Positions 39,201 to 48,358 of a DNA stretch of 50,848 nt are shown here, piece after piece. The translations under genes and the position numbers were made by a program. Positions within the stretch are counted from its first letter, which is position 1; each line of letters begins with the position of its first letter. The notes beneath the pieces were generated by a model. That model ran no database searches. It was not told the origin of the DNA and saw nothing but the letters and a program-made list of their open reading frames with translations. This stretch comes from Octopus sinensis (Eukaryota), in contig NW_021834017.1 of NCBI RefSeq assembly GCF_006345805.1, positions 1-50,848 of the forward strand, written 5' to 3'.

Positions 39201-40461
39201 GGGTCTGGGAAGCCAGGGGCCGCACCAGGCTCCAGTCTGATCTGGCAGAGTTTCTACGGCTGGATGCCCTTCCTAACGCCAACCACTCCGTGAGTGGATT
39301 GGGTGCTTTTTACGTGACACCTGCACAGGGGCCGGAGGGTCCGGCATCGGTCACGATCGGTTCGAGCATTTTAACGTGTCAGCGGCACGGGGGCAACGAG
39401 GTCCGGGGTACTTTGGGGATCGGGGTACTTTGGGGATCCAGGGTACTTTGGGGGTCCGGGGTACTTAGAATGGGTAGGGGGTATGTGGAATTGCTGCAGA
39501 AAGCAGCCCGGGTCTTTGTAGTCACAGCATTTATCGTCACTGAGTAACGTAATTAGGTAGAGGAAAGAAATACAGATATTCTAGAGTTGAGTTGGGGAGG
39601 GGGGGTCCAGTTGAGGCGGGTAATATAGGGGAGCAACCAGTGGGGAAGGTTGGGGTAAGGAGGAACGATGGCAGGAAGGGGTTGGTGAAGGTTCCTAAGA
39701 AATAAAAACGTAGGATATTGAAATAAAAACGTAGGATATTACGAGGCGGGAGGGTACTAAAGGGGGTGGTCGGAATGAGGCAGTGTCAGGAGGAAGCGTA
39801 AGATCGGTGGGCAGTTGATGAGCTATGCGCTAGCAGCTTCTCTTTTCACAGTGAAAGCATATGAGGAGAAGGGGTAGTGGGTGGAGGGGGAGGGAGTAGG
39901 GCGTACCCGGTGTAGATGAGTAAGGCGTATCCGGTGTAGATGGTGAGAACAGGGTATACTGGTATTGGTGGTGGGGGGTGAGAACAGTGTTCACCGGTAT
40001 TGGTGGTGGTGGTGGTGAGAACAGAGTTCACCGGTATTGGGGGTGGGGGGCGGGCGCATGGCGGAAAGATGGGAAGAGATGGGATTACGGCTTGAGGTAG
40101 CCTAAGGTTAAATTTTGTAGAGAGAGAGATAGGAAAGATAAATCAAGTTATGGCGAAGGCTTGAAAGTAGCCTAAAAGGTAAATTTTTTCGTAACAATGT
40201 ATGAATAAACGTAGTAACAACGAATAAAAATAGTAAGATAAATTTTTAAGAACTTGCTGCGGGCATCGATCGAGAGTTGAAATTGAAGAAGAAAGTAAGT
40301 TGAATTGGGAATTTAAATTGCAGATATATACACACACACATACACACATACACACATACATATAAATATATATATACACACACACATACATACAATAGGC
40401 TTCTTTTAGTTTCCATCTATCAAATCCACTCACAAGTCTTTGAAATACACAAGTGTGTATG

Positions 40462-40493
<32 letters not shown>

Positions 40494-42433
40494 TATACAT
40501 ACACATGCACACATACACACACACACACATACATAGAATGGGCTTCTTTCAATTTCCATCTTGAAAATCCACTCACAAGGCTGATGCTGTAGTAGAAGAC
40601 ACTTTCCTGAGGTGCTGTGTAGTGGGACTGAACCCAGGACCATGTGATTTGGAAGCAAACTTCTTAACTGATTTCTTTATTTCAGGAATTGCTGTGCTCA
40701 ATAGAAACCTCACCCTTTCGATAACAATACCGAACATGAAACGACCGGTGGTTGGAAGTGCCAGAATTATAAATATGAATGTGACAAGACATGCGCTGAT
40801 GGCCCTGACTATAAAGTGACACAGGATGGAGATACCTCCAAGCTTTGGATCAAAAAAGTAACTGAGAAATGTTCGACTTGGAAATTTGATGATGACAACC
40901 TTAATATTGGAAGAATTGATTTGGAGATAAAGAGTAAGGAAATGATTTATAATAATTTCTTTATTGACCACAGAGGGCTAACACAAAGGAAAACATTCGG
41001 GAGGGTCCAGCGTGGGTTTTAGCATGTAAAAAGTCATACAAAGAATAAAAGAAAGTCAAAGTAACATCCCTGATAGTTTGGGGACTTTGAAGGGCCACAC
41101 GTAAAGAAAGCCCACAAAATCCAATGTCTCCCTGACCACCAGGGTGGATGCCCTCTCCCGGTCTTTCCTCTCCAATATACAGGTACACTCTGAGAGAAGG
41201 CCCATTCACTCAGGTAATGCTCACCTCTCTCACCCACCTTTCAACAAACTGCTTGGAAGCCAGCACTTACCTCTCCACCCTGATTTTCCTCTTCAAGTGA
41301 AACCTGAAAAAGTTTATTAGGGTTTGACAAAATGGCAGTTGCTGGTCTTCAGCCCTTTCAGACATGTCCACTATATGATCCCTTTTGCCATGGGCCCCGA
41401 GCAGATAAAAACTGGTTGCCCTTCCTGGTTGAAGGAAAGTAGAGGGGCCATCTTCACAATGGACTCAGCTGATAGTTGTATATAATAAGGGTTTCTTTTA
41501 TTTGCCACAAGGGCAAAGGATGAGGGGGTCAATACCAAGGTGTGTGTGTGTGGAGGTTATATTATCTTTCTCTTTTTACTTGTTTCAGTCATTTGACTGT
41601 GGCCATGCTGGAGCACCGCCTTTAGTCGAGCAAATCAACCCCAGGATTTATTCTTTGTACTTATTCTATGAGTTCTCTTTTGCCGAACCACTAAGTAACG
41701 GGGATGTAGACAAACCAGCAACGGTTGTCAAGCGATGTTGGAGGACAAACAGACACACAAACACACACATATATACGACGGGCTTCTTTCAGTTTCCATC
41801 TACCAAATTGGTTCTCTTGCTGAACCGCTAAGTAACGGGGACGTAGACACCCCAGCATCGGTTGTCAAGCAATGCTAGGGGGACAAACAGACACACAAAC
41901 ACACACATATATACGACGGGCTTCTTTCAGTTTCCATCTACCAAATTGGTTCTCCTGCTGAACCGCTAAGTAACGGGAATGTAGACACCCCAGCATCGGT
42001 TGTCAAGCAATGCTAGGGGGACAAACAGACACACAAACACACACATATATACGACGGGCTTCTTTCAGTTTCCGTCTACCAAATCCACTCACAAGGCTTT
42101 ATATAACCAAGCTCATGTGTGCAACATAGTGTTACTGGAAATTTTGATGGGGACTTTTCCTTTAGATCACTTTGAAATGGAATTTGTATAACAGAAATGA
42201 AAGTATTTTTTAATAGTTTAGTATGAAAATGGTCAAACTTGGGAGATATTACTATTTTTTATTAAAAAAAAAGGTATATATTTTATTGTTTGTCAATTGC
42301 AGATCCGAAACCTAAACCTCATGGACTAACTACACTTGAGATTGTCGGAATCATTTTTGGCTCACTGATCCTTGCTGCAATCCTTGTTGGACTCGCTTAT
42401 TTCGGCTACAAATATTTTAAAAATAACCATTAG
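33157..42433 (+). CDS. Six-exon type I membrane protein: signal peptide, two divergent Ig-like domains, TM, short tail. ~250 aa if the exon 5 frameshift is repaired; 154 aa if exons 4-5 are skipped
   Basis: All five introns are GT-AG and phase 1. Exons 33157-33202, 34883-34921, 36937-37185, 37764-37802, 40686-40933, 42303-42433. AATAAA at 42601 and 42774. The Ig call is inferred from the motif pattern. Confidence 0.8.
33392..33975 (+). mobile_element. tRNA-derived SINE family C with internal ~222-bp tandem duplication (intron 1)
   Basis: GGTCCAGTGGTTAGGGCAGCGGACTCGCGGTTTCGATTCCC head; GTTTATTGAGCGAAAACACC at ~33452 and ~33673. Confidence 0.88.
33985..34140 (-). pseudogene. RTE-clade LINE ORF2 fragment
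   Basis: KKTKIMST...IKIDNEEIEVVDDFIFLGSK..DGDCTPEIRR is the RTE/BovB-like post-RT region. Confidence 0.8.
34145..34320 (-). pseudogene. pogo/Tigger-like DDE transposase fragment
   Basis: IGYINEIPTYFDKPGNTTADTEGNEAVKVKTS resembles the pogo motif IGNMDETPVYFDMP..TT...G...V.V.T. Confidence 0.65.
34883..34921 (+). CDS. Coding exon 2: 39-nt micro-exon with signal cleavage region
   Basis: ttttacag|(H)LSRAQKYNITQS(G)|gtaaat; phase 1-1; N-I-T sequon. Confidence 0.8.
35109..35375 (-). mobile_element. CR1-like LINE 3' end with (TTAAC)n tail; duplicated at 38276-38570
   Basis: HLNRRRGAFSVRVADPWNKLPDEIVKM...FKVSLDHKWPELFA* matches the CR1 ORF2 C-terminus. Confidence 0.8.
35380..35539 (-). pseudogene. 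RTE-clade RT fragment
   Basis: SYRGIRLLSAPGKDFNRILLEMM resembles NYRGITLLSVPGKVFNRIIL. Confidence 0.75.
35540..35825. mobile_element. Intronic hairpin MITE, ~130-bp arms
   Basis: ATGCTGAGTACTCATCAGCCAATTATAGAGG / CCTCTATAATTGGCTGATGAGTGTTCAGCAT, with a long near-perfect inner stem. Confidence 0.85.
36301..36552. mobile_element. Intronic hairpin MITE; partial left-arm copy at ~36033-36110
   Basis: GATTATTTGCCAACATAATGTGGCAGTCC / GGACTGCCATATTATGCTGGCAAATAATC. Confidence 0.82.
36937..37185 (+). CDS. Coding exon 3: Ig-like domain 1
   Basis: ttatttcag|GIAVLNGCLTLTITIPDMKRPVVWKCRNYKYECDKTCADGPDYKVTQDGDTSTLWIKKVTEKCLTWRFDDDNLNAADIDLKIK|gtaagg; 249 nt, phase 1-1. Confidence 0.85.
37400..37718 (-). 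pseudogene. Probable L1/Tx1-like LINE ORF2 C-terminal fragment; duplicated at ~41150-41465
   Basis: ...MAKGIIQWTCLKGLKT...LINFFRFYLKRKIRVER...FVERW recalls LINE C-termini; recognised from memory only. Confidence 0.45.
37764..37802 (+). CDS. Coding exon 4: 39-nt linker micro-exon, paralogue of exon 2
   Basis: ttttacag|(S)FSSANIYKITQS(G)|gtaaat. Confidence 0.8.
38571..39105 (-). pseudogene. RTE-clade reverse transcriptase fragment
   Basis: FEVKTGVRQGCILTPFLFLLVIDWIM...DLDFADD...LGLKVN..KSKIM...YSGS...DIKVRISKAR; contains stops and frameshifts. Confidence 0.9.
39123..39390 (-). mobile_element. (GAT)n-tailed retroposon
   Basis: (CAT)n-CGTTTAACGTCCGC...GGATGCCCTTCCTAACGCCAACC. Confidence 0.85.
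39400..40110 (+). repeat. G-rich segment with short tandem repeats
   Basis: GGGGTACTTTGGGGAT-like x4 (~39405-39465); AAATAAAAACGTAGGATATT x2; ACCGGTATTGGTGGTGG-like x3; many G3-G7 runs. Confidence 0.75.
40686..40933 (+). CDS. Coding exon 5: Ig-like domain 2, with a 1-nt deletion at ~40752 in this assembly
   Basis: 248 nt against 249 nt for exon 3; GGTTGG against GGTTTGG; splice sites intact. Confidence 0.75.
41570..42098 (-). mobile_element. SINE family B with three tandem ~138-bp internal copies
   Basis: GAACC(A/G)CTAAGTAACG at ~41685, 41822 and 41960. Confidence 0.85.
42303..42433 (+). CDS. Coding exon 6: Pro-rich stalk, TM helix, short cytoplasmic tail, stop
   Basis: caattgcag|(N)PKPKPHGLTTLE-IVGIIFGSLILAAILVGLAYFGY-KYFKNNH*; positive-inside Lys residues follow the TM. 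Confidence 0.85.
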
Positions 42434-43484
42434 TATAAGAATGCTACAATTTGTGTTCTTTTCATCATCATCATCATCATCATCGTCTGCTTTCCATGCT
42501 AGCATGGGTTGGACGGTTCAACTGATGTCTGGAAAGAAGAAATAATTCTGTTTATCAGAATAAGACTTTCACTGACTGCATTGGCATAGTTGGTTTTTAA
42601 AATAAATTATATCCATATTTTAGCAATATTTCTTCCAAAACTCTGCTCCGTCTTTACTGGGAGTTTAAAAATCTTAAAAGCTATTAACTGTATATTTATC
42701 AATTTAGGACAACAACTAATTTCATTTATATAATTAACAGACAAAACTACATCAATACACTAAACTTGAAATCAATAAATTGAAACCGAAGGAGCTGAAG
42801 GGAAAAACACAAACAGAAAAGGTCCACTTTTTAAAATATTCTTTCCAGAAAAAGTGAGCGGTAGCAGATTCAGCATGGAAAATTACATGAATATTCCAAA
42901 TTTGAAAATTTTGACTGAATCTTAGAATGCAAAAGAATGTGATGTGTATGCGTATGTGTGGTGTCCCACCAACATGTGCTATTCCAATATAATTGCAATC
43001 TACACTTTCTTAAAGGTATTTCTCAAAATTTTCATTTAAAAATACCCATTTTTCCAGAAGTTATGAAGAAACAAAGTCGGTGGGGTACATTTGCATATGT
43101 ATACCCATTGCTTTAGCATAAATATCTTCAATTATAATCAAAGGGTCACTGCTTCCGTAGCCAACGAGAACAAAATCCTTAAGCATAGGAAATGAAGTGT
43201 GACCCATTTCTTCCACCTGTGACATTTGCCACAGTGAAGTTCTTACCATTGTTGGCGCCTCGCCTTACAGAATGGGTTCGGTGATCCCTATAAGGGTACT
43301 TGCTGCACCTCCTGTTTGTGTTTCTTTTGGTTTAGGATTTGTATTTTAATGTGGTATTGTATTATACGTGTATCATGTAAAGACATGTTATATAAGATAA
43401 AAACAACAGAAAAATAAGCCAACAAAATCAAAATATTTACTTATTAAAAAAAATAAAAACTCTTTACAGAATTTGCAAGAAAAA

Positions 43485-43690
43485 TACGAGATGGTATCAA
43501 AAAGTTCTCAGACAACCTATGTTTCATAAAAATTACTAATTTACCAAAGTTTTAACAAAATCTCCTGTGAAATACTCACCTTTCATAGCAATACACTGGC
43601 CCCACAATTCCTACTGCTTCGGGAATCTGGCCTGGAAGTTGTTTTCTTTAAGCAAGTCAAGGACCTTTTGCGATTTTATTTCCTTTTCTG
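43485..43690 (-). mobile_element. mariner-like 3' end (transposase C-terminus plus TIR)
   Basis: Minus strand ...WGQCIAMKGEYFTGD (mariner WxKCIxxxGxYFE); TA-CGAGATGGTATCAAAAAGTT terminus at 43485. Confidence 0.7.
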
Positions 43691-43845
43691 TATAATTGTT
43701 TATTTATTTTTATATCTGAAACGCTGATTATTTCTTGCATAAAATTATAAATTATTATCAAGTGTCCAACTTTTTTTTGTGTTATTGGATGGTTGTGAAT
43801 GCCATAAAAGGTGCAAAATCTTTCCTTTCAGGTTCACAGCGAACA

Positions 43846-44229
43846 GTGGAGGTGCAATGGCCCAGTGGTAAGGGTAGTGGACTCGCAGTCGTAGGATCGC
43901 GGTTTCGATTCCCAGACCGGGCGTTGTGAGTGTTTATTGAGCGAAAACACCTAAAGCTCCACAAGGCTCCGGCAGGGATGGTGTTGATCCCTGCTGTACT
44001 CTTTCACCACAATTTTCTCTCACTCTTACTTCCTGTTTCTGTTGTACCTGTATTTCAAAGGGCCGGCCTTGTCACTCTCTGTGTCACGCTGAATATCCCC
44101 GAGAACTACCTTAAGGGTGCACGTGTCTGTGGAGTGCTCAGCCACTTACACGTTAATTTCACGAGCAGGCTGTTCCGTTGATTCAGATCAATCGGAACCC
44201 TCGTCGTCGTAACCGATGGAGTGCTTCCA
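43846..44229 (+). mobile_element. SINE family C, full length
   Basis: GTGGAGGTGCAATGGCCCAGTGG...GGTTTCGATTCCC head; tail CGTCGTCGTAACCGATGGAGTGCTTCCA. Confidence 0.9.
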
Positions 44230-44276
44230 CCACAGTGAACTACGACAGACAAATGGCAAAATTGGGAGAGAATTAG

Positions 44277-44830
44277 ACATCATCATCATCATTGTTTGAC
44301 CGTGGTCAAGACAATGGAATTTACCATGCTACGCCAGACTTCACAGTCCATCATAGCATTACGGAGGTCCTGTTGCTGGATGCCTGTATCCCTGGAGATT
44401 ACATCAGAGTAGGAGAGTGTGCGCCCTCTGGTATCGCGACTGTGGTCGAGACAATGGAATTTACCATGCTACACCAGACTTCACGGTCCATCATGGCATT
44501 ACAGAGGTCCTGTTGCTGGATGCCTGTATCCCTGGAGATTACATCAGGGTAGGAGAGTGTGCACCCTCTGGTATTATGAGTAGATGGCTTCCAGAGGAGA
44601 AGAGCAGAAATTACCTCGTTTTCAGCTCTACAACAATGTCCAGCAAACTGGACTCTTCTACCTTTTACAAGAGATGACACGGGTGGTAGTTTCCCATATA
44701 TATGTACTTTGGTTGGATGACGCTTCCACAAGAGATTTTGAGCTCTCATAAGGAGGCGAGTGTAGGTTCCATCCAACCGCCTCTCAAGCTTCTTTGATAA
44801 CATCCAGGTTTCTGAGCCATAGAGTAGAAA
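44277..44830 (-). mobile_element. RTE-clade LINE 3' end with 140-bp duplicated terminus and (TGA)n tail
   Basis: LERRLDGTYTRLLMRAQN..WKRHPTK..IYGKLPPVS..VKGRRVQFAGHC...LLWKP...SYPDVISRDTG. Confidence 0.9.
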
Positions 44831-45173
44831 ACTTGAAGACTTGAATTAGACATAGAAGAATGAGAATCATTTCTTGACGAAGAACCAAATGAAGAGGAAT
44901 CTGAAGAGAATTGAACCTGGTACCTCCAAGATGTTATCATGAAGATTCCATAAAAAGATGCTTGTTGTGCCCCAGGTCAAAAGATCGTAAGACAAGAAAT
45001 TTCTTCCAAAAGAAGAGAGTAAAGCTGAGGAAGAAATAAGAGATGATGAGGGAGGAACTGAAGCAGATGGCATGTTGCAGACTTCACCAGATGATTCTTT
45101 AGAAGGAAGGGAAGAAGCTGATGATGAAGATGAACAGCAGACTTCCAGGAACAGAGAAAAACATTTTTGGAGC

Positions 45174-45552
45174 AAATCAAAATCAAAATTGCAATCGATC
45201 AACATCAATGGAATTTGTAGCTGTGATACCAGTGTCGGTGGCATGTAAGGGAACCATCCGAACGTGGCCGTAGCCAGCGCCGCCCTGACTGGCCTCCGTG
45301 GCGGTGGTACGTAAAAAGCACCATCCGATTGTGGCCTTTGCCAGCGCTGCCTTGACTGGCTTCTGTGCCGGTGACACATTAAAAGCACCTACTACACTCA
45401 CGGAGTGGTTGGCACTAGGAAGGGCATCCAGCTATAGAAACACTGCCAGATCAGACTGGAGCCTGGTGCAGCCTCCTGGCTTCCCAGACCCCAGTTGAAC
45501 CGTCCAACCATGCTAGCATGGAAAACAGACGTTAAACGATGATGATGATGAT
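45174..45552 (+). mobile_element. (AAAATC)n...(GAT)n retroposon, full length, 2 internal units
   Basis: Same head as 22166 (ATCGATCAACAT...GTGATACCAGTG). Confidence 0.85.
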
Positions 45553-45776
45553 AATGGAACTTTCTGGAAAGGAATTCCCCCATGCCTTCCACGGCATACA
45601 CGTGCATAGAACAATTACCAGGATTCCCCAGGACCCAAGAGGAGCAGCAAAACCTGTGTCTGCTGTAAAGGTCTTTGTTTCTCAGACAAGAACTTCTGAA
45701 TGAATTCGAAGCTTGCAGTAATATCTACATTGAAAATAAACAACGAAAATATGAAGATAGGTGAAAAGAGACACTT

Positions 45777-46329
45777 AGGCGTAGGAGTGGCTGTGTGGTA
45801 AGTAGCTTGCTTACCAACCACATGGTTCTGGGTTCAGTCCCACTGCGTGGCATCTTTGGCAAGTGTCTTCTATTATAGCCTCAGGCCAACCAAAGCCTTG
45901 TGAGTGGATTTGGTAGACGGAAACTGAAAGAAGCCCGTCGTATATATGTAGGCGTAGGAATGGCTGTGTGGTAAGTAGCTTGCTTACCAACCACATAGTT
46001 CTGGGTTCAGTCCCACTGCGTAGCATCTCGGGCAAGTGTCTTCTACTATAGCCTCGGGCCAACCAAAGCCTTGTGAGTGGATTTGGTAGACGGAAACTGA
46101 AAGAAGCCCGTCGTATATATGTATATAAACGTGTGTGTTTGTGCCCCCAACATCACTTGACAACCGATGCTGGTGTGATTACGTCCTCGTAACTTAGCGG
46201 TTCGGCAAAAGAGACCGATAGAATAAGTACGAGGCTTACAAAGAATAAGTCTTGGGGGTCGATTTGCTCGACTAAAAGGCGGTACTCCAGCATGGCCGCA
46301 GTCAAATGACTGAAACAAGTAAAAGAGTA
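45777..46329 (+). mobile_element. SINE family B with duplicated head, inside piggyBac
   Basis: AGGCGTAGGA at 45777 and 45950. Confidence 0.9.
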
Positions 46330-46791
46330 ATGAAAGGGAGATGAAAGCTACAATAGGACTTCTTTATCTGTTGGGAGTTTTACAGGCAACCGAACGAATA
46401 TGGAAGATGTTTGGGCAATGGACGGTACAGGAATTAAAATTTTTCCAGCAACTATATATTTGCAGAAGTTTCATTTCTCGCTGGGGTCTCTGAGGTTTGA
46501 TGACATCCACACCTGAGCTGAAAGGAGGCGAGAGGATAAGATTGCACCTTTTAGAAAGTCCTTTGAGAAATTTATGGCTAAGTGTATCTTGAATTATAAT
46601 GTCTCAGTGTATGCGACAGTAGATGAAATGTTGGCTGCCTTTACAGAGAACTATCCATTTTAAACCAGCAAAATATGGCATAAAAATTTTTTCTTTTGGC
46701 CGATGCTAAAACTTTCTATGCATCATATATGGAGGTCTACTTGGGGAAACAAGCAGAAGGCCCTTCTATAGGTAATTCAGGAGAAGCAGTG

Positions 46792-47164
46792 CTAGTGGAG
46801 GCGCAATGGTCCAATGGTTAGGGCAGCGGACTCGTGGTCAGAGGATCGCGGTTTTGATTTCCAGACCAGGCGTTGTATGTGTTTATTGAGCGAAAACACC
46901 TAAAGCTCCATGAGGCTCCAGCAAGGGGTAGTGGCGACCCCTGTTGTACTCTTTCGCCCCAACTTTCTCTCACTCTTTCTTCCTGTTTCTTGTCCCCGAC
47001 TTCCTACGCAACCACTGAGCCTGGATGCGCATTCATCCATCCGTCGATGCTCTCAGTGTCGGGGGTTGACCTGCTTTCTCTCCTGCGGGTCTTACGAATA
47101 GCAAAGGACCACGTTTCGGACTTCTCCCACAAGGACGAAGATCGCTACACTCAACAGCAACAGC
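46792..47164 (+). mobile_element. SINE family C variant with a different 3' half, inside piggyBac
   Basis: TSD AGCAGTG (46785-46791 / 47165-47171); removing the insert restores EAVVKWLG. Confidence 0.88.
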
Positions 47165-47818
47165 AGCAGTGGTAAAATGGTTGGGGTCTCATATAAAAGG
47201 GTCTGGAAGAAATATTACCATGGATAATTGGTTTACAAGTTATGGATTTAGAGTTAATCTCTTGGAGAAATATAGATTAACATTTGTTGACCCTTTCAGA
47301 AAGAACAAGATAGAACTTCCCCCTCAGTTTGTTGCCACAAGAGGCAGAACTGAATATACAAGCTTGTTTGGTTTCCAGAAGGATGTTACACTGACCCCAT
47401 ATGTTCCCACGAAAAGTAAAAATGTCGTCCTATGGAGTACAATGCATCATGATGCTGCAATTGATGTAAGTACGAAAGAAAAAAGAAAACCAGAGATTAG
47501 AACCTTCTACAACATTACTAAAGGAAGGGTAGGCCCCGTGGTGGATCAATTGTGTTCCATGTACGATGTTTCCAGAAATACTCGATGTTGGCCACTTACA
47601 GTTTTCTTCACCATACTCAATGTTGCAGGAATAAATGTATACAATATGTTCATGGCAAACCCTCAAACAGCTATCAGGGTCTGAAAGTTTCTGAGGGAAT
47701 CGGGACTGAAGTTGGTGGAGGACCAAATTCATCATTGCAAGACAAAACCCATCCATATTTGAGGAAAGACATGGAAAATAAGATTCGACATTTCTCAGCA
47801 TCTAAAGAATTACCTCCA

Positions 47819-48079
47819 AGATGGCATGTAAAAAGCACCATCCGATCGTGGCCGTTACCAGCCTCCCCTGGCACCTGTGCCGGTGACACGTAAAAAGCAC
47901 CCACTACACTCATGGAGTGGTTGTCGTTAGGAAGGGCATCCAGCCATAGAAACACTGCCAGATAAGACTGGGCCTGGCACAGCCTTCTGGTGCAGCCTTC
48001 TGGCTTCCCAGACCCCAGTTGAACCGTCCAACCCATGCTAGCATGGAAAGCGGACGCTAAACGACGATGATGATGATGT
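47819..48079 (+). mobile_element. (GAT)n-tailed retroposon, 5'-truncated, inside piggyBac
   Basis: Interrupts CCTCCAAGATG|TTATCATGAAG, which is contiguous at ~44928-44950. Confidence 0.85.
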
Positions 48080-48358
48080 TATCATGAAGATTTCATACAA
48101 AGATGGTCATTATGCCCCAGGTCAAAAGATCACAAAACAAGAAATTGCTTCCGAAAGTTCTCCAAGCCAATCTGCTTGCAACATGCGATGCACATCTGCA
48201 TCGACTTCTTTGCTCAGAGTGATGAGGATGAGAGTGCAAACAATGAGTAAACAGTGAATATGAAAGGACCACTCTCCCCTCCGTAAGATACTTTTATCTA
48301 GTTTCACTTTCATTTCCAAAGAGTACTCGCTTGTTTTTGTTTACATGTTAAACACATT

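Larger units (their letters stand above)
44826..48250 (+). pseudogene. Fossil piggyBac transposase split by four retroposon insertions
   Basis: Motifs in order: acidic N-term, GAAK, IGLLYL, LRFDD, TVDEML (D at 46622), KPAKYGIKI, ITMDNWFTS (D at 47223), YNITKG, RCWPL, CRD remnant CPRSKDHKT...PICLQH, stop at 48250. Stops and frameshifts throughout. Confidence 0.9.
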
